DNA of 64,000 bases from Fistulifera solaris (taxonomy: Eukaryota): NCBI GenBank assembly GCA_030295235.1, contig AP026150.1, forward strand, positions 496,001 through 560,000, read 5' to 3'. Both the position numbers and the translations under genes were made by a program. The notes under the pieces were generated by a model. That model was not told the origin of the DNA. It did not search any database and was given only the letters and a program-made list of their open reading frames with translations. This document shows, in pieces, positions 1-11,852 of the stretch; the stretch's first letter is position 1; each line of letters begins with the position of its first letter.

Positions 1-119
1 CTCTGGTTGAAGTGCTGCGCTGATGCGGCATTCCTTTCACAACATCATCGCGCCGTTTTTGTTTGTTGTTGTTACGAAAAATAGACCCAACAATACATTC
101 AATAGTTCTTTCTCTTGCA

Positions 120-1241
120 ATGAAATTCGTAATATCATCACCGCTCTCTTTCGCTTTGCTTCTGTTAGCAACAGTTATTTCACGCAAAGGAGGAGAAGGG
201 TACGGAATCTCTGTTACAAACGCACACAACAATGGGTTGACCCGCTTGTATTCTTACTCGTCGTCATCGTCGTCGTCGCCGTCATCGGCGGCCGCCCCAC
301 AACAACAACAACAACAACAACCAGACGCATACGAACTCGAATTTCTCAAATCACCGGATGAAGTAACAGATCAATGGGAACTCGATTGTTACAGTCGTCC
401 CGTCATACAACCCGGCGGAAAGAAATTATGGGAAGTCTTGATTTGTGATTCCGGAAATACCTTTCGATTTCGACAAGAACTTCCTTCATCACAGGTCAAT
501 TCCAAGACACTCCGACAAGTCGTAGAACAATGCGTCGAACTCGTGCCGACCGCGAAACCATCCGTCATTCGCTTCTTCCGGGGTGCCATGTTCAATATGA
601 TGAATGTCGCCTTGAAGGAATTGCCCGATATCACCGCAAAACCCAGTCGCTGTACATTTGCGTTAGCAGCATGGTTGGAAGAGCGCCACGCAACTGTCTA
701 TCCCAAAATGGAAGGATACAATGCGCAAATGATGAATACAGCGACGGGCGCGTCGTTTCTTAACGTCCAGACACCGGTCAAATTGCCCGATTCGTTGCGC
801 GGAGAACGATACGCCTTTGTGTCGTTACCGTTGGCAGAATTCTTACCCGGAGGTGGTGTCAATGACGATACTATTGGTGTGGGTCGGCTGTGTCCTTTGC
901 CTCCGGCGTTGTTGTGGCAGCAGTCACTGCCGGCGGGTGATACCTTTGTTTCGGGAGTCGTCTTGATGACACCCCGGGCCAAGGCCATGGCCACGTGGTT
1001 GGCTGGTACCGAATTGATGAGTTTGAAGGCGGATTTGCGCAAACGGCAATTGATTATGGAAACGGATTTGGATACGCAATATCTCATGGCGCGTTTGAAT
1101 GATGAACAACGGGCCGAAGGAGCGGCGATGGAACAAGCCAAAGACCAATTGCAGGGATTGCATTTTGTGTCGGTGCAAGTCGATGAAGAGAGTGATCCGG
1201 AAGGGTTCTGGTTGTTGCGCTCTCTGCCGAGTAATATCTAA
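120..1241 (+). CDS. TAB2: Tab2/ATAB2-family plastid RNA-binding protein (photosystem translation factor)
   Basis: Motifs WELDCYSRP..GKKLWEVLICD, VNS..L, RFFR..M.NM, SRCT..L..WLEER..YP, GLHFVSVQ..PEGFWLL. The ATG at 120 gives a hydrophobic signal peptide followed by a Ser-rich transit-like region. Confidence 0.88.
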   Translation: MKFVISSPLSFALLLLATVISRKGGEGYGISVTNAHNNGLTRLYSYSSSSSSSPSSAAAPQQQQQQQPDAYELEFLKSPDEVTDQWELDCYSRPVIQPGGKKLWEVLICDSGNTFRFRQELPSSQVNSKTLRQVVEQCVELVPTAKPSVIRFFRGAMFNMMNVALKELPDITAKPSRCTFALAAWLEERHATVYPKMEGYNAQMMNTATGASFLNVQTPVKLPDSLRGERYAFVSLPLAEFLPGGGVNDDTIGVGRLCPLPPALLWQQSLPAGDTFVSGVVLMTPRAKAMATWLAGTELMSLKADLRKRQLIMETDLDTQYLMARLNDEQRAEGAAMEQAKDQLQGLHFVSVQVDEESDPEGFWLLRSLPSNI

Positions 1242-1283
1242 TAATAATAATATTAATAATAATAATAATTATTATTATTATTA
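1238..1283. repeat. (TAA)n/(ATT)n microsatellite between convergent genes
   Basis: TAATAATAATAATATTAATAATAATAATAATTATTATTATTATTA lies directly at the TAB2 stop. Confidence 0.85.
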
Positions 1284-1342
1284 GAAGCAATAATGATAAA
1301 AACTATTCTATACTATTTTCTATGATTCCCGCTCTCGATCAA

Positions 1343-2252
1343 CTACTCCATAACGTGATGACAGACGTATAAATTAGGTCGTATGGTAGTGTTTGTCAGA
1401 TCCAAAGGATCTTGATACGTGATTTGACTAGCCCAAGAGTTCTCTTGATAGTTGGGTACTGTCGAATCCAACGAATGCCAGAGTTGCCAATCACGTTCCG
1501 CATCGGCTAATGAATGTGCCGTCATCACCACTACAACTTTGGAACTACTACTACTCGTATTAGTAGTAGTACTAGTATCCCACAATCGTTCCAAGGTAGG
1601 TCTCCAGTCTTTTGCAAATGTGGATGAGCGAATCCTGGATTGAAAAGGATGTATCCTGATGTAGGTGCTGAAGTAGGATTCTGCGGCATGTCATGATATT
1701 TGCCCGAAAGGACCATTTTAAAGTCAATGTATTGTTTCCTACAGTCAAAGTGTGTTGCGAGGGGACATTCTCGCATTCGGGCCCGACAAATGATAGTGTT
1801 GTGTGTCGGTGTGTCGAGTTTTTGTCATGGGTAGACTCTGATAACTGGTAATATAAGAATTCATTCCAATAGGGTACAGGCAACATCGATTCGGCTCGTG
1901 CTCCTAAACACGTCCACTGGGAAACAGTGTGATCCGCACTCGCCAATGTTAAAGGACCCGTTAATACGTGTGATACCAAGGCTTCTTCGTAACGTCTTGA
2001 TGATGATGACGACGACGAAAACATCCAGTTTCTCCACTTCCAAAATTCCGACCAGTTGTTGGGTTTTGATGTTATAGCAGTAGTAGTAGCAGCAGCAGTA
2101 GCAGTAGTAGTAGTACGAGGAGAAAACGGAGGAGGTTGTAAACAAATTTCGGCTTGTTGAGGATGGGCTTGTCCCCACAAAAGGGCCGCATCGGTGTAAT
2201 GGCGTCGTCGAATAGAGACTGTGAATTGCCGGACGATCAGCCGTCGCTTCAT
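1343..2252 (-). CDS. MSS51 C-terminal-domain-like protein, split by two apparent frameshifts
   Basis: Consecutive ORFs 1572..2252, 1531..1776 and 1343..1594 carry GARAESMLP..W.E, FVGPE, FNPGFAHP, MTAHS..DAERD and ENSW in the order expected for the MSS51_C family. Confidence 0.6.
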
Positions 2253-2474
2253 TATAAAGAGCTACTCAAGTTAAAATTCACAACACATAATAGAATGAAT
2301 CATTATCATCATCATCACGAGCTAAACTGGTTTGATTTCCCCCAATCAGAATACGTTGCTTTTTTTGCGTTGCCGTCGCACAAATCAATATCCGGGTCTT
2401 CTGTGTCGATCCACTTCCCTACGAGGTCTTGGTGTCGTATAGTTTTCATTCGTGTTCTCTTCACCATCATACAA

Positions 2475-2930
2475 GCTAAATCAGCACAGCAGACTCTTTC
2501 GTTGCGAAAAATAGTCTCTTGGATGATTGCTATGGAAGTGGTCGAACGAGAAATAGTCACAAGTCACATGATGATCACAACAAAGCGAAAAGCAATGATG
2601 ATTCGTGACCGATGCAGTCGCGACGAAAAGTCGCCTACTCACTGGAATATACTAAACATCCGATTTAGATTTTTATAATGATCCGCAAGGCTTTTCCATG
2701 TCAGATATCGAAGGATGCATTGCAAATAATGACATTAAAGATATTGAAAAGAAGATAACGATCAATAAAGCTCAACAGACAAGTAGAACGACGCTGGTTC
2801 GATGAAAGTCTGGCACGAAAAACCATTAACTAAACACAAACGACTACGATGTTCAAGGCGTATCGATGTCGATAAACAAGATTGTATTGCAAATTCTCGC
2901 TTACTCAATGGAACTGTGCGAACATGCACA
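2475..2930. repeat. Degenerate dispersed repeat, copy 1 (paralogous to ~21405..21835)
   Basis: Shared colinear blocks, e.g. ATGATGATTCGTGACCG.TGCAGTCG, GTCGCCTAC.CACTGGAA, GTAGAACGA.GCTGGTTCG.TGAAAG, TAAACACAA.CGACT...TGTTCAAGG, ATTGCAAAT.CTCG.TTAC. Confidence 0.8.
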
Positions 2931-3419
2931 GTGTATGTCTAGATTGGAGTATGCTGGAGCACAAGTGGTGGTTCCAGAGAATATACTTTTTCTCGATTTA
3001 AATTAAAACTACCTAGCCATACATCGATCAACTTTTCAAGTGAAGGGGTTTAACGAACCGAATATCTTCATTCACAGAGACTTAGGAAATTATGGTATGA
3101 CAGAAAGGAAAAACATAGGTGACGGCTCATGACGACTCATGACTGGCTGCGGCTGGGCTCAAAAGACTTTACTGGTAGAACTGCGGCTACGATGTGCACA
3201 AGAAAATTTATTTGCAGCGGAATGAAAACCCAAAAACATCCTCTCTCAGTAATAATATTAAGTAGTTTCATCGAAGATAAGCTATTTGTACGCTGGGCGT
3301 CTCAATTCTTCTTCAAGTTGAAACCGGCGCAGGTGACTAATCTATAGAGTCCATCTTCATATATTACTCCGTAGCAACACGCCGCAACAACCAGCAATCA
3401 ACTTTATATTATATTCTCA

Positions 3420-4315
3420 ATGATGCCCACTTCCTTTGATATTTCACAATTACCTTCTTTACAAGACGGCATGTCGATTCAAGAAGAATCTATGAAACGT
3501 CGTAAAACATGTCGTTTCATTGAAGAATCCGGTCGCATTCTCAAATTACCCCGCGTCGCCATTGCCACGGCCATGGTCTTTTTTCACCGCTTCTACGCCA
3601 AACACTCCTTTGCCCAACACGATCGTTTTGAAGTTGCCGTGGCGTGTTTGTTACTAGCCGCCAAAACCGAAGAATCGCCCAAAAACTGGTCGTCGTGTTG
3701 GAAGAATGTCAGAAGCTCAAGTGGCGGGGCATGCAAGCGGGGTCCGCCTCCGTCAAACCACCAGATTTGGATCCCAAGGGAGAAGAATTCTCCAAATTAA
3801 AAGAGCGGGTCTTGTTACTGGAACGAGTTATATTGCACACGATTGGTTTTGAATTATCGATCGATCATCCGTACAAGTTTTTAGTCGAACAAATCAAACA
3901 ACTCGTACAAGGCAAAAAGTTGATCTACCAGAACAATCATACACCCGTCGGTTTATCATCGCCCCAACAGCAACAACAACACATGATGAACGAAATGGTC
4001 CAATTGGCCATGAATTTTGCCAATGACTCGATGCACACGAGTTTGTGTTTGCAGTTCGATCCCAAGAAGATTGCCTTGACCTGTGTCTATCTGGCCGCGC
4101 AATTTGGTCATTTGATGCCCGCGAACGAAAGCGATGATTGGTGTGATTCTTTATTGTCGATTGATCCGGCATCGTTGGTATCGATTGCTCTACAACTAAT
4201 TGAACTCATTGCGGAGCGCAAAGGATCGGATCCGACGGTATTGAATCAAGTGAAGGAACGATTGGAAGTATGGACAACGTTGGAGCCACAAACGAAGCGT
4301 CCGCGTGTCGAGTGA
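3420..4315 (+). CDS. Transcriptional cyclin (cyclin K/T/L class), frameshift at ~3681
   Basis: Cyclin box ATAMVFFHRFY..VAVACLLLAAKTEESP continues in ORF 3644..4315 as LLERVILHTIGFELSIDHPYKFL..FANDSMHTSLCLQF. One extra A in the A5 run at 3681-3685 joins the frames. Confidence 0.88.
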
Positions 4316-4932
4316 GTTCAAAATGCACTCGAGCACAACTTCATTGCTATGGTAATCGTTGTTGGCTAGTTTTAGGACTATAGAATAGGCAAACAGTCGA
4401 CGTGGTAATCAAAAACTAGCTTTTTAATTGACACGAAGTATAATGAGGTTCTAACGTTGCTTCAAACACGGTTTTGGCTAGTAATGCACACTTTTAAGCG
4501 CCATCAAGCTAGACTAATGTGCTACATAAGGGGAGAACATTTATGACATACATCAATCATGAAGAGTGCGTACAACGTCATTACTCATTGCAATCCACGA
4601 TGCGGTCGAACCGTTTCGGGACTGGACTGGAAGATGAATGAGTCTTGCCCAGACAACACTTCAAGCCATAGTAAGCATCGACGACATGACGATGCGACGA
4701 ACGCTCAACAACCGATGAACGATGAACCGATGAAATCCGATGGATTGACACTCTCACAAGTATTTGTTATGCCAGCATAGCATCACCTACCAGGTACCAG
4801 GTACCGATCCTTCACGCACCAAGCTGTTGTGAAACGTCGGCTCGTTTCATTGCTTTGCTAGATCATTTCACTCAAAGTTAGAAACGAGAGATAGACTTGA
4901 TTTCTACGCTACAAGCTCGCGAAAACAACAAC

Positions 4933-6369
4933 ATGATTTTCTTTCGATGGATGGTTCGCATCGCTCTATGCGGATGGATGACCGTGCACGCTGCTCATCC
5001 GACCTCATCTACACTAACTGAAAAGAAGACGAAAACACCGTTTGCTACGACCACAACATCTTCTTTCTTGCGTGGAGGGGCTCCTGTTCTCTCGAAAACA
5101 AAAAAGATCAACAATGTTGGTCCTCGTTTCAACAACAACAACAAAAACAACAATAAGATCAAGACACGTCTTCCTGTCGGCACCGCACCCGTGTCATCCC
5201 AAATCTTCAATCTCATTAAAACAATTGTCGGTGCGGGTGTGTTGGGATTGCCCGCCGGCATGGTCGCCTCGTTCGCTGTCGCGCATCACGACAGTCTCTC
5301 CGCTACCTTAGTACCCAGCATGATTTGTTTGTTGGCCATTGGGGCTCTCGCCGCGTATGCTTTTTGTTTGATTGGAACATTGTGCGAACAAACCCAAAGT
5401 ACGACTTACCGAGAAGTGTGGAAGAACACGGTGGGTCCCCAAACGGCCTGGATTCCGGCTGTAGCTTGTACCGCCGTGACCGTTTGTTCGTGCATTGCGT
5501 ATTCCATGATTCTCGGTACCATGGTGCCGGAATTGTTGCAATCAATTTTGAATGGGTTTAATTTTATGGGACACAAGAATGGTGTTTTGACGGCTTTGAC
5601 GGTCTTTTTGTTGTTACCCTTGTGTTTGTTGCGCAACTTGAGTTCCTTGGCGCCCTTCTCCTTATTGGGGATTGGAGGGATGGTCTATACGGGTTTGGCA
5701 ATGCAAGTGCAGCACTGGAAGGGCTCGTATCCACCGGCAATGTATACTTCTGTCAAATCCACGTCCGCGAGCCCCGCCATTCTCTTGAGTATGTTAAGTA
5801 CCGCGTACATGGCCCATTACAATGCCCCCAAGATTTACTGGGAACTCCAAGACGACAAGAAACGCGATTTCAACAAAGTCGTCGGAGCTTCGTTTGCAGG
5901 TTCTATGGGACTCATGACGCTGATTGCGGGAACGGGATTGGCGACGTTTGGAGTCCACAGCGCATCGGTGATTTTGTCGAATTACAACGATCCGTGGATG
6001 CGTGTGGCGAAATGGGCCGTCGCCTTGAGTCTCATTTGCAGTTATCCTTTGGCATTTACGGGTGTTCGTGATGGCATTTTGGAGTACGTGAAACCTGCAC
6101 AACGCGATGCGTCCTTTGTTCCTGTGACAGTGAGTGCCCTAGCGATTATTACCGGTATTGCCATGACCTTGACAAATTTACAAACGTTACTCGCTGTCGG
6201 TGGAGCTACGTGGGGCAATGCGGTCATTTATCTCTTTCCGGCCATGATGTTTATTAGTAATGAGAATAAGAAAGCTCCGAAAGACAGAAAGTCAGTGATT
6301 GGGGTGTACGCTATGGCTTTGACGGGTCTAGCGTTGGGTGTTGTCGGAACGTCTCAAGCAATTGCCTAA
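4933..6369 (+). CDS. Amino acid transporter (Aa_trans / SLC38-like AAAP family)
   Basis: FNLIKTIVGAGVLGLP, LLPLCLLRNLSSLAPFS, STAYMAHYNAP, SYPLAF motifs; about 11 hydrophobic segments; N-terminal signal-like peptide. Confidence 0.88.
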   Translation: MIFFRWMVRIALCGWMTVHAAHPTSSTLTEKKTKTPFATTTTSSFLRGGAPVLSKTKKINNVGPRFNNNNKNNNKIKTRLPVGTAPVSSQIFNLIKTIVGAGVLGLPAGMVASFAVAHHDSLSATLVPSMICLLAIGALAAYAFCLIGTLCEQTQSTTYREVWKNTVGPQTAWIPAVACTAVTVCSCIAYSMILGTMVPELLQSILNGFNFMGHKNGVLTALTVFLLLPLCLLRNLSSLAPFSLLGIGGMVYTGLAMQVQHWKGSYPPAMYTSVKSTSASPAILLSMLSTAYMAHYNAPKIYWELQDDKKRDFNKVVGASFAGSMGLMTLIAGTGLATFGVHSASVILSNYNDPWMRVAKWAVALSLICSYPLAFTGVRDGILEYVKPAQRDASFVPVTVSALAIITGIAMTLTNLQTLLAVGGATWGNAVIYLFPAMMFISNENKKAPKDRKSVIGVYAMALTGLALGVVGTSQAIA

Positions 6370-6455
6370 ATTGAAAGGAAGACGAGTTTATGGAACGTAT
6401 TGAATATTCGAACTGAAAAATGGCTAAAATATTATATGTATGTACACAAAACTGT

Positions 6456-6657
6456 TTACTGTTGCTCGGAATCCGGTTCCTTCGAGGTTTCTTTCCAAAA
6501 TCGAGCTGCGGTCGAACGCATCTGTAAATGATTCGTCTTTGTCTCTGTTAAAGGTAATTTAGGAGCGGATTCTATCATTTGAGCCGAGAAAAAATTCGCG
6601 CTTGTTTGATGTTTGCTTGCTTCTTCCCTTGCGTCTGGTTGATGCGAAGGAGCATGG

Positions 6658-6704
<47 letters not shown>

Positions 6705-6902
6705 CATTCGTTGAAATGAGAACCGTGGCGCCAAGCTAAGTTTTGTCGTACTTTTTACTGTTTCAAAGAGATCGAAATCGTCCGGTAACGACGGTAATAC
6801 TGGCAATGGAGGTCTCATAGGAACTCGTTGCTCGTTCGGTGTCAAGAAAGACGATGCTAGTGTTGATGTCGCGTGGTGCGTGTCTCGTTTTGTCGTCAAC
6901 AT
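6456..6902 (-). CDS. Small hypothetical protein with a poly-His tract
   Basis: 148-aa ATG-initiated ORF; the (TGA)n run at ~6657-6703 encodes a long His run. No family recognised. Confidence 0.4.
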
Positions 6903-8225
6903 GATGTCGTCTCTGTCAATTTGTTTTGCAAAAGATAGGTAATCAAATTTATACCGCTCGATATAAGAAAGAGCAATTTACGAGATGAAAAGAGAATAAT
7001 CAAAAGAGGAATAAAGGTGGTTTATACCAGCATGCAGTTTCGAGGAGAAAAGAATAATTCCATCAACTGTGTTATTATTGCAAGGGGAAAACATCAAAAG
7101 CATAAGAACGTCACACACGTCTGTTCCCGAATCAAAACGAACTTCACGCTGCGCACTATCCCATCCACACTGGGTACTGTTTTGTATGAAGTAGGTGAAG
7201 AACATATGGTTTATTACGGAGAACATGGTTTACGCTTATCCTGAAGAACATAAATCCCTTGCGCGAAATTTTTTTGCTACTTTTTGCAATCTGTGTGCTA
7301 TTGGTCAATAGCGTTTTGATACGAAGGTTGCCGCGCCTGGCGGGTTTTGAGGGAGGAGGAGAATTGGAAACGAAGATCGCGAGGAGCATGCCGGCGAAAC
7401 AGATACTTATACTAGTATGAAACGAAGCACGAAGCACGTGTCCATCAAAGACCAAAAATTAATAATGAAACGATAATGACTCCCTGTTTCATTCCCTCGA
7501 TTATAGTTTTAGTTAGAGGTTCTATTATTGCCCTAATACGCAGCCACAATAAACTAACACTGGCGCCGTAGGTCGGTCGTAGGTCACTAATTTCGAAACA
7601 CCGTCTGTGCGTAGTGCGTACTTATTCTTTATTCTTCACAAACTTTCCAACTGCAAGTTTCAGAAGAAAAAAAAGATGGTACTAGGTCACTGCAGTAGTG
7701 GCTGATCAGAAACGGAAATGCTAAGAATGCCTTCGCATTTTAGCGTTCGGTTTCGGTACTTTCGACATGTCCTGTCCAAGTATAGGAGTATAGGGACAAA
7801 AGAACGAACCCTATACTTGAATTTAGACCGAATCTTCAGCTTGGATTGAGAAGCCATGCGTTCTTTTGCTAAAGTAGAATAGCTAGAAGTTGAATGCCGA
7901 AGAGCGAAATGCGCCGATCGCTCATTTGAAAAGTGGACTGTGGATTCGGCTCTATCGCGACGAGGATATCGGTGAGCGACAGAAAAGGAAAACCAAGCGT
8001 TCGCCTCGTTCAGAAACAACAGTATTGACTATATATACATGAGAAAGAACGCTCGCAGCATTTGTTTAGAAGAGCAACTCTCCCTTCCCGGATCTAGACT
8101 GCAAACAATGTCTTGGCATTCGGGTGGCAGATGGCAGAAAGGCAACAAGCCATACAAGAAAATAATTCTTTGATGTGAAAAGCCAATCAATTCAAAGTTC
8201 TGCTGTCCTCAATTTTTTTGGGAAC

Positions 8226-8630
8226 ATGGACAAGATCAACCCCGCCACAGCGGCGATGGAAGCGTTCCTTCAATCGCTCGAAGAGCCACCTCAAACAAGA
8301 CGAGTTGGAGGCAGAGATGAGAATAAGGTACGAGAAACCATTCCCAATCATTCTGACTTTCCGCCACTCGAGTGGTTTTTCCAGGACTATACCACAGAAG
8401 GTTCCACCTCGGATCTCCTGACCTTGATCCAGATTTCCCGAAGTCACAGCGCCTTGGTCCGATGCTGTGCCGTTCGAAACAATTTGGCTCGAGCATTTGA
8501 CTCTCAAATGGTTACAACTCCAAAGAAAAAGGAAGTATGGCTTCCTTCCTCGGATGAACGACCTTGTCAACCATTCGATATGAAGACAGCACGTCAACGT
8601 ATTTTGCCAGCTTACTCTCATGCCGCCTAA
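8226..8630 (+). CDS. Small hypothetical protein
   Basis: ORF 8175..8630 with first ATG near 8226, ending just before the convergent ABC gene. No family recognised. Confidence 0.3.
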   Translation: MDKINPATAAMEAFLQSLEEPPQTRRVGGRDENKVRETIPNHSDFPPLEWFFQDYTTEGSTSDLLTLIQISRSHSALVRCCAVRNNLARAFDSQMVTTPKKKEVWLPSSDERPCQPFDMKTARQRILPAYSHAA

Positions 8631-8721
8631 ATCGCACCAAGCACTTTTGCAACAACACCTTATTTCAAGGTGACAGATATGGTGATTTTACGCGAAAACC
8701 ATTCGCATTTATTTATACACT

Positions 8722-11298
8722 CTATGGTGAGCTACTCAAACTAGATTGACTGCTAGAAGTATGCAGTTGCATGTTCCACATATCAGCGTATAAGCCTTGC
8801 TTTTCCATCAATTCATCGTGTGTACCGATTTCCGCTGCTACTCCACCCTTCAAGACAACAATCTGGTCCGCATTTCGAATCGTCCCCAAACGGTGCGCAA
8901 TTACCAATACGGTACGGTGCTGACCAAGTCGGTCGAGTGCTTCTTGCACGGACTTTTCGGTCAAAGTATCCAAGGCACTTGTCGCTTCGTCCAGTAAAAC
9001 AAAGTCAGGGTTTTTCAACAGACACCGAGCAATCGCGACGCGCTGCTTTTCGCCACCGCTCAACTTGAGCCCACGGTCACCGACAAGTGTGTCCCATTGC
9101 TCAGGAAGCGACTCAATGAAAGGCAGTAGTTGCGCATCAGTAGCTGCTTGGATCAATTGTTCTCGGGTCGCATCTCGTGAGCCGTACAGGATGTTTGCTT
9201 CCAATGTGTCGTTGAACAAGCTCGCAGCCTGTGGTACTACCCCCATAGCTCCTCTCAAAGAATGTTGCGTCACCGTTCGAACATCGACTCCATTCACTTT
9301 CACGGCTCCACCCAGCGTGTCGTAGAAACGAAATAGCAAGCGACTTATCGTTGTTTTACCCGCGCCTGTCGGTCCTACAATTGCTGTTGTTGTACCCCGT
9401 TTCATTTGGAACGACAGGCCTTTCAATCCGTTATTCGAAGGCTGTGTTGGATAATGAAATGTGACATTGTCGAACTCTACAGCAATGTCGGGGTCAGAGT
9501 CGTTGGTTTTAGGTAGCTGCAACGCGTCCGGTGCATCCGTGACATCGGGATTTTCGGACAATAACTCACTCATACTTGTCAAATCGATAAGGGCCATGAC
9601 AATCGAGTTATAGACACTACCCAGAAAGTTTAACGGACCGAATAGTTGATTGACAAAGGCGAGAACGGCGACAAAATCACCCACTTGCATACCACCACAA
9701 TGTGATTCCAAGCAGCAATCGCTTAACATACTTTCGCAACCTGCTTCTATCAAGCAACAATCGTGACGCAGTTGTATGGCGTGGGCGGTCAGAGCCAGAG
9801 ACGCCGCCATGCACAACTGTAAAATAACTTGTTGACTCATGTTCAGAAAAGACAAGCTCGATTGTACGTTCACCGAACCTGCTTGATAACAGGCCACTGC
9901 CTTAGCAAATTGTTCCTTCTCATAGGCTTCGGCCGTGAAGAACTTGACCGTTTCAAAATTCATCATACTATCCACGAAACGATTTTCCATTTCATTGTCG
10001 CTCTGTACCAATTGCTTGCGAAACTTCTTACGCCACAGCGTTACCAGAATAGTCCAGACCGTGTACACAAAGACAAAGTAAAAGACAGTCACGGCCAAGG
10101 GCAAAAACGAAAAGTAAGTGGCGAAAATCAAGCACACGGAAATACATTCCGCCAATGCTGGTAATAGCCATAGGAAAAGATATTTCATCAGTGTATCACA
10201 AGCACTGATCCCTCGCGACATACTGCGTAAGACCAAACCCATCTTTTTACGCAAATGCCAATCCAATGATAATGAATGTAGGTGCCCAAAAGAGGCAACT
10301 GCCAACTGAACATAGGCTGCCTGCGCCACCTTTAAATAAACCAACGATTGTGCTTCTTTCAAGGCATTCCCCGTCCAACTGATGGCCGCATAACCACACG
10401 AGAAATAAATGGCCCGTTGATAGTCCGCATGGGCCAAAGCGGTGCTGGCCCATCCCAAAAACAACGGCGATACCAAGTTGCAGACTTTCGAACCAGCAAC
10501 ACAGACCCACGTGAGGACGGCCCGCGAGCGATTCATCAACGCCGTGCTGTCTGCTGTCGCGTCGGGCCAAAAGTACGGTCGTAGGAGTGTCATGAATTGC
10601 TGACTGGATAAGGCGGATTTCTTGTCACTTTCATCGGATTGAGAGGGCCTGTTCTGGCGAGGTGGTCCTTGTACACAGCAGGCATCGACGAGGGTCAGCA
10701 CCAATTGTAATGTTGCAGCCCCCACTGTGATCCACGAGAAAGACTTGGCAGAATCATTATATTTGACCGTAATGTATTCAAATGAGAAAGCTGACCATAA
10801 TATCCAGGCGGAAGCAATATGAAAGAAGCGTGATGTGTGACCGTAGCGTTGTTTTTCCGGATCACGCCACTGGAAGATGATGTTCGTGAGAGTGACGAGA
10901 AGAGCCGAGAGCAGCAAGGAAAGAACCGATCTCGTCGCAGAAAGAGCACAATCGAAATAAAAGATAGAAAGCACAATCCAAGCTATAGCAAAAGCAATCT
11001 TGCGCATCTTGTGTGACAGTAAAGCAGAATTTGTTGACCCGGATGGATCCGATGATAGCAGGGGCCATTCTTCGTCATCACTGCTGGACGAAACTTTCCT
11101 ATCAGCCTTGGTAAGTAGAGGAGAAATTGGTCTGTTTTGATTCTCCGATGATTGCGGCTTGGTCTCTTTGACTTCGTCTTCAACCGGTTGTGAAGCAACA
11201 CTAATCAAATCGATCGACAAGCGGACCATTTGCAATGTAACCGCCACCATAGCGGCAACAATTATCCATTCTCCGTCGTTGCTATCCCAAGATGACAT
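8722..11298 (-). CDS. ABCB half-transporter, HMT1/ABCB6 (heavy-metal tolerance) type
   Basis: N-terminal extra TM region, LHSLSLDWHL, NFETVKFF, Walker A GPTGAGKTT, signature LSGGEKQRVAIAR, Walker B LLDEATSALD, IAHRL. Likely start MSSWDS at 11298. Confidence 0.9.
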   Translation of the reverse strand: MSSWDSNDGEWIIVAAMVAVTLQMVRLSIDLISVASQPVEDEVKETKPQSSENQNRPISPLLTKADRKVSSSSDDEEWPLLSSDPSGSTNSALLSHKMRKIAFAIAWIVLSIFYFDCALSATRSVLSLLLSALLVTLTNIIFQWRDPEKQRYGHTSRFFHIASAWILWSAFSFEYITVKYNDSAKSFSWITVGAATLQLVLTLVDACCVQGPPRQNRPSQSDESDKKSALSSQQFMTLLRPYFWPDATADSTALMNRSRAVLTWVCVAGSKVCNLVSPLFLGWASTALAHADYQRAIYFSCGYAAISWTGNALKEAQSLVYLKVAQAAYVQLAVASFGHLHSLSLDWHLRKKMGLVLRSMSRGISACDTLMKYLFLWLLPALAECISVCLIFATYFSFLPLAVTVFYFVFVYTVWTILVTLWRKKFRKQLVQSDNEMENRFVDSMMNFETVKFFTAEAYEKEQFAKAVACYQAGSVNVQSSLSFLNMSQQVILQLCMAASLALTAHAIQLRHDCCLIEAGCESMLSDCCLESHCGGMQVGDFVAVLAFVNQLFGPLNFLGSVYNSIVMALIDLTSMSELLSENPDVTDAPDALQLPKTNDSDPDIAVEFDNVTFHYPTQPSNNGLKGLSFQMKRGTTTAIVGPTGAGKTTISRLLFRFYDTLGGAVKVNGVDVRTVTQHSLRGAMGVVPQAASLFNDTLEANILYGSRDATREQLIQAATDAQLLPFIESLPEQWDTLVGDRGLKLSGGEKQRVAIARCLLKNPDFVLLDEATSALDTLTEKSVQEALDRLGQHRTVLVIAHRLGTIRNADQIVVLKGGVAAEIGTHDELMEKQGLYADMWNMQLHTSSSQSSLSSSP

Positions 11299-11852
11299 CT
11301 TTCTTGAAGGTTTGTAATAAATTGTATGAAAATGGCAGAGGAAACGTGAAAGATGTTCTTTTGTGATCATTTGCAAGAACCAGCAAAAAATAAGATCGGA
11401 GCAAAATGAACAAAAATGAACGCCAAGGAAAACTATAGCGACAAAGTGTAAACAGCGGTCGTATGGTTTGGGATCGGACTCAATCACTAGTGCTAGAGTC
11501 GAAACGAATGGATGAATCTACTGCGATCTAATATCAAGGCTTTTCTTAGTTCACAAAGACGACTTGTGTTATCTTAAAGCTTGGCTTCGTGAAAAGAGGT
11601 GCTCGCTCTTCAATGAATCTATTGTCTGCAACGACCTTAGCGCAACATAGCTGATATCCCTCCTCTGAATTTCTCAAATGAAGTGCGTCGCCTATCCTGA
11701 AAGTGTTGTGAAGATTTCGCTGATATCGACCAAGGGCGATTGAATCTATACGTCAAGCTTTTTGCAAAGAGATTCGTACTGAAAATCTTCTATTTTGACT
11801 GGTTTGCGTGAACTGACAATATATGCTTGTCTTTGCGTATTTGTATGAATCT

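Noticed and set aside
2154..2678. 174-aa plus-strand ORF
   Set aside because: Overlaps the MSS51-like gene antisense and the degenerate repeat; non-ATG start; no recognisable motifs.
11299..11487. N-terminal extension of the ABC transporter given by the ORF track
   Set aside because: Begins at a GTG and has UTR-like composition. The same applies to the ORF-track extensions of TAB2, calpain, DHODH, YjbQ and MFAP1.
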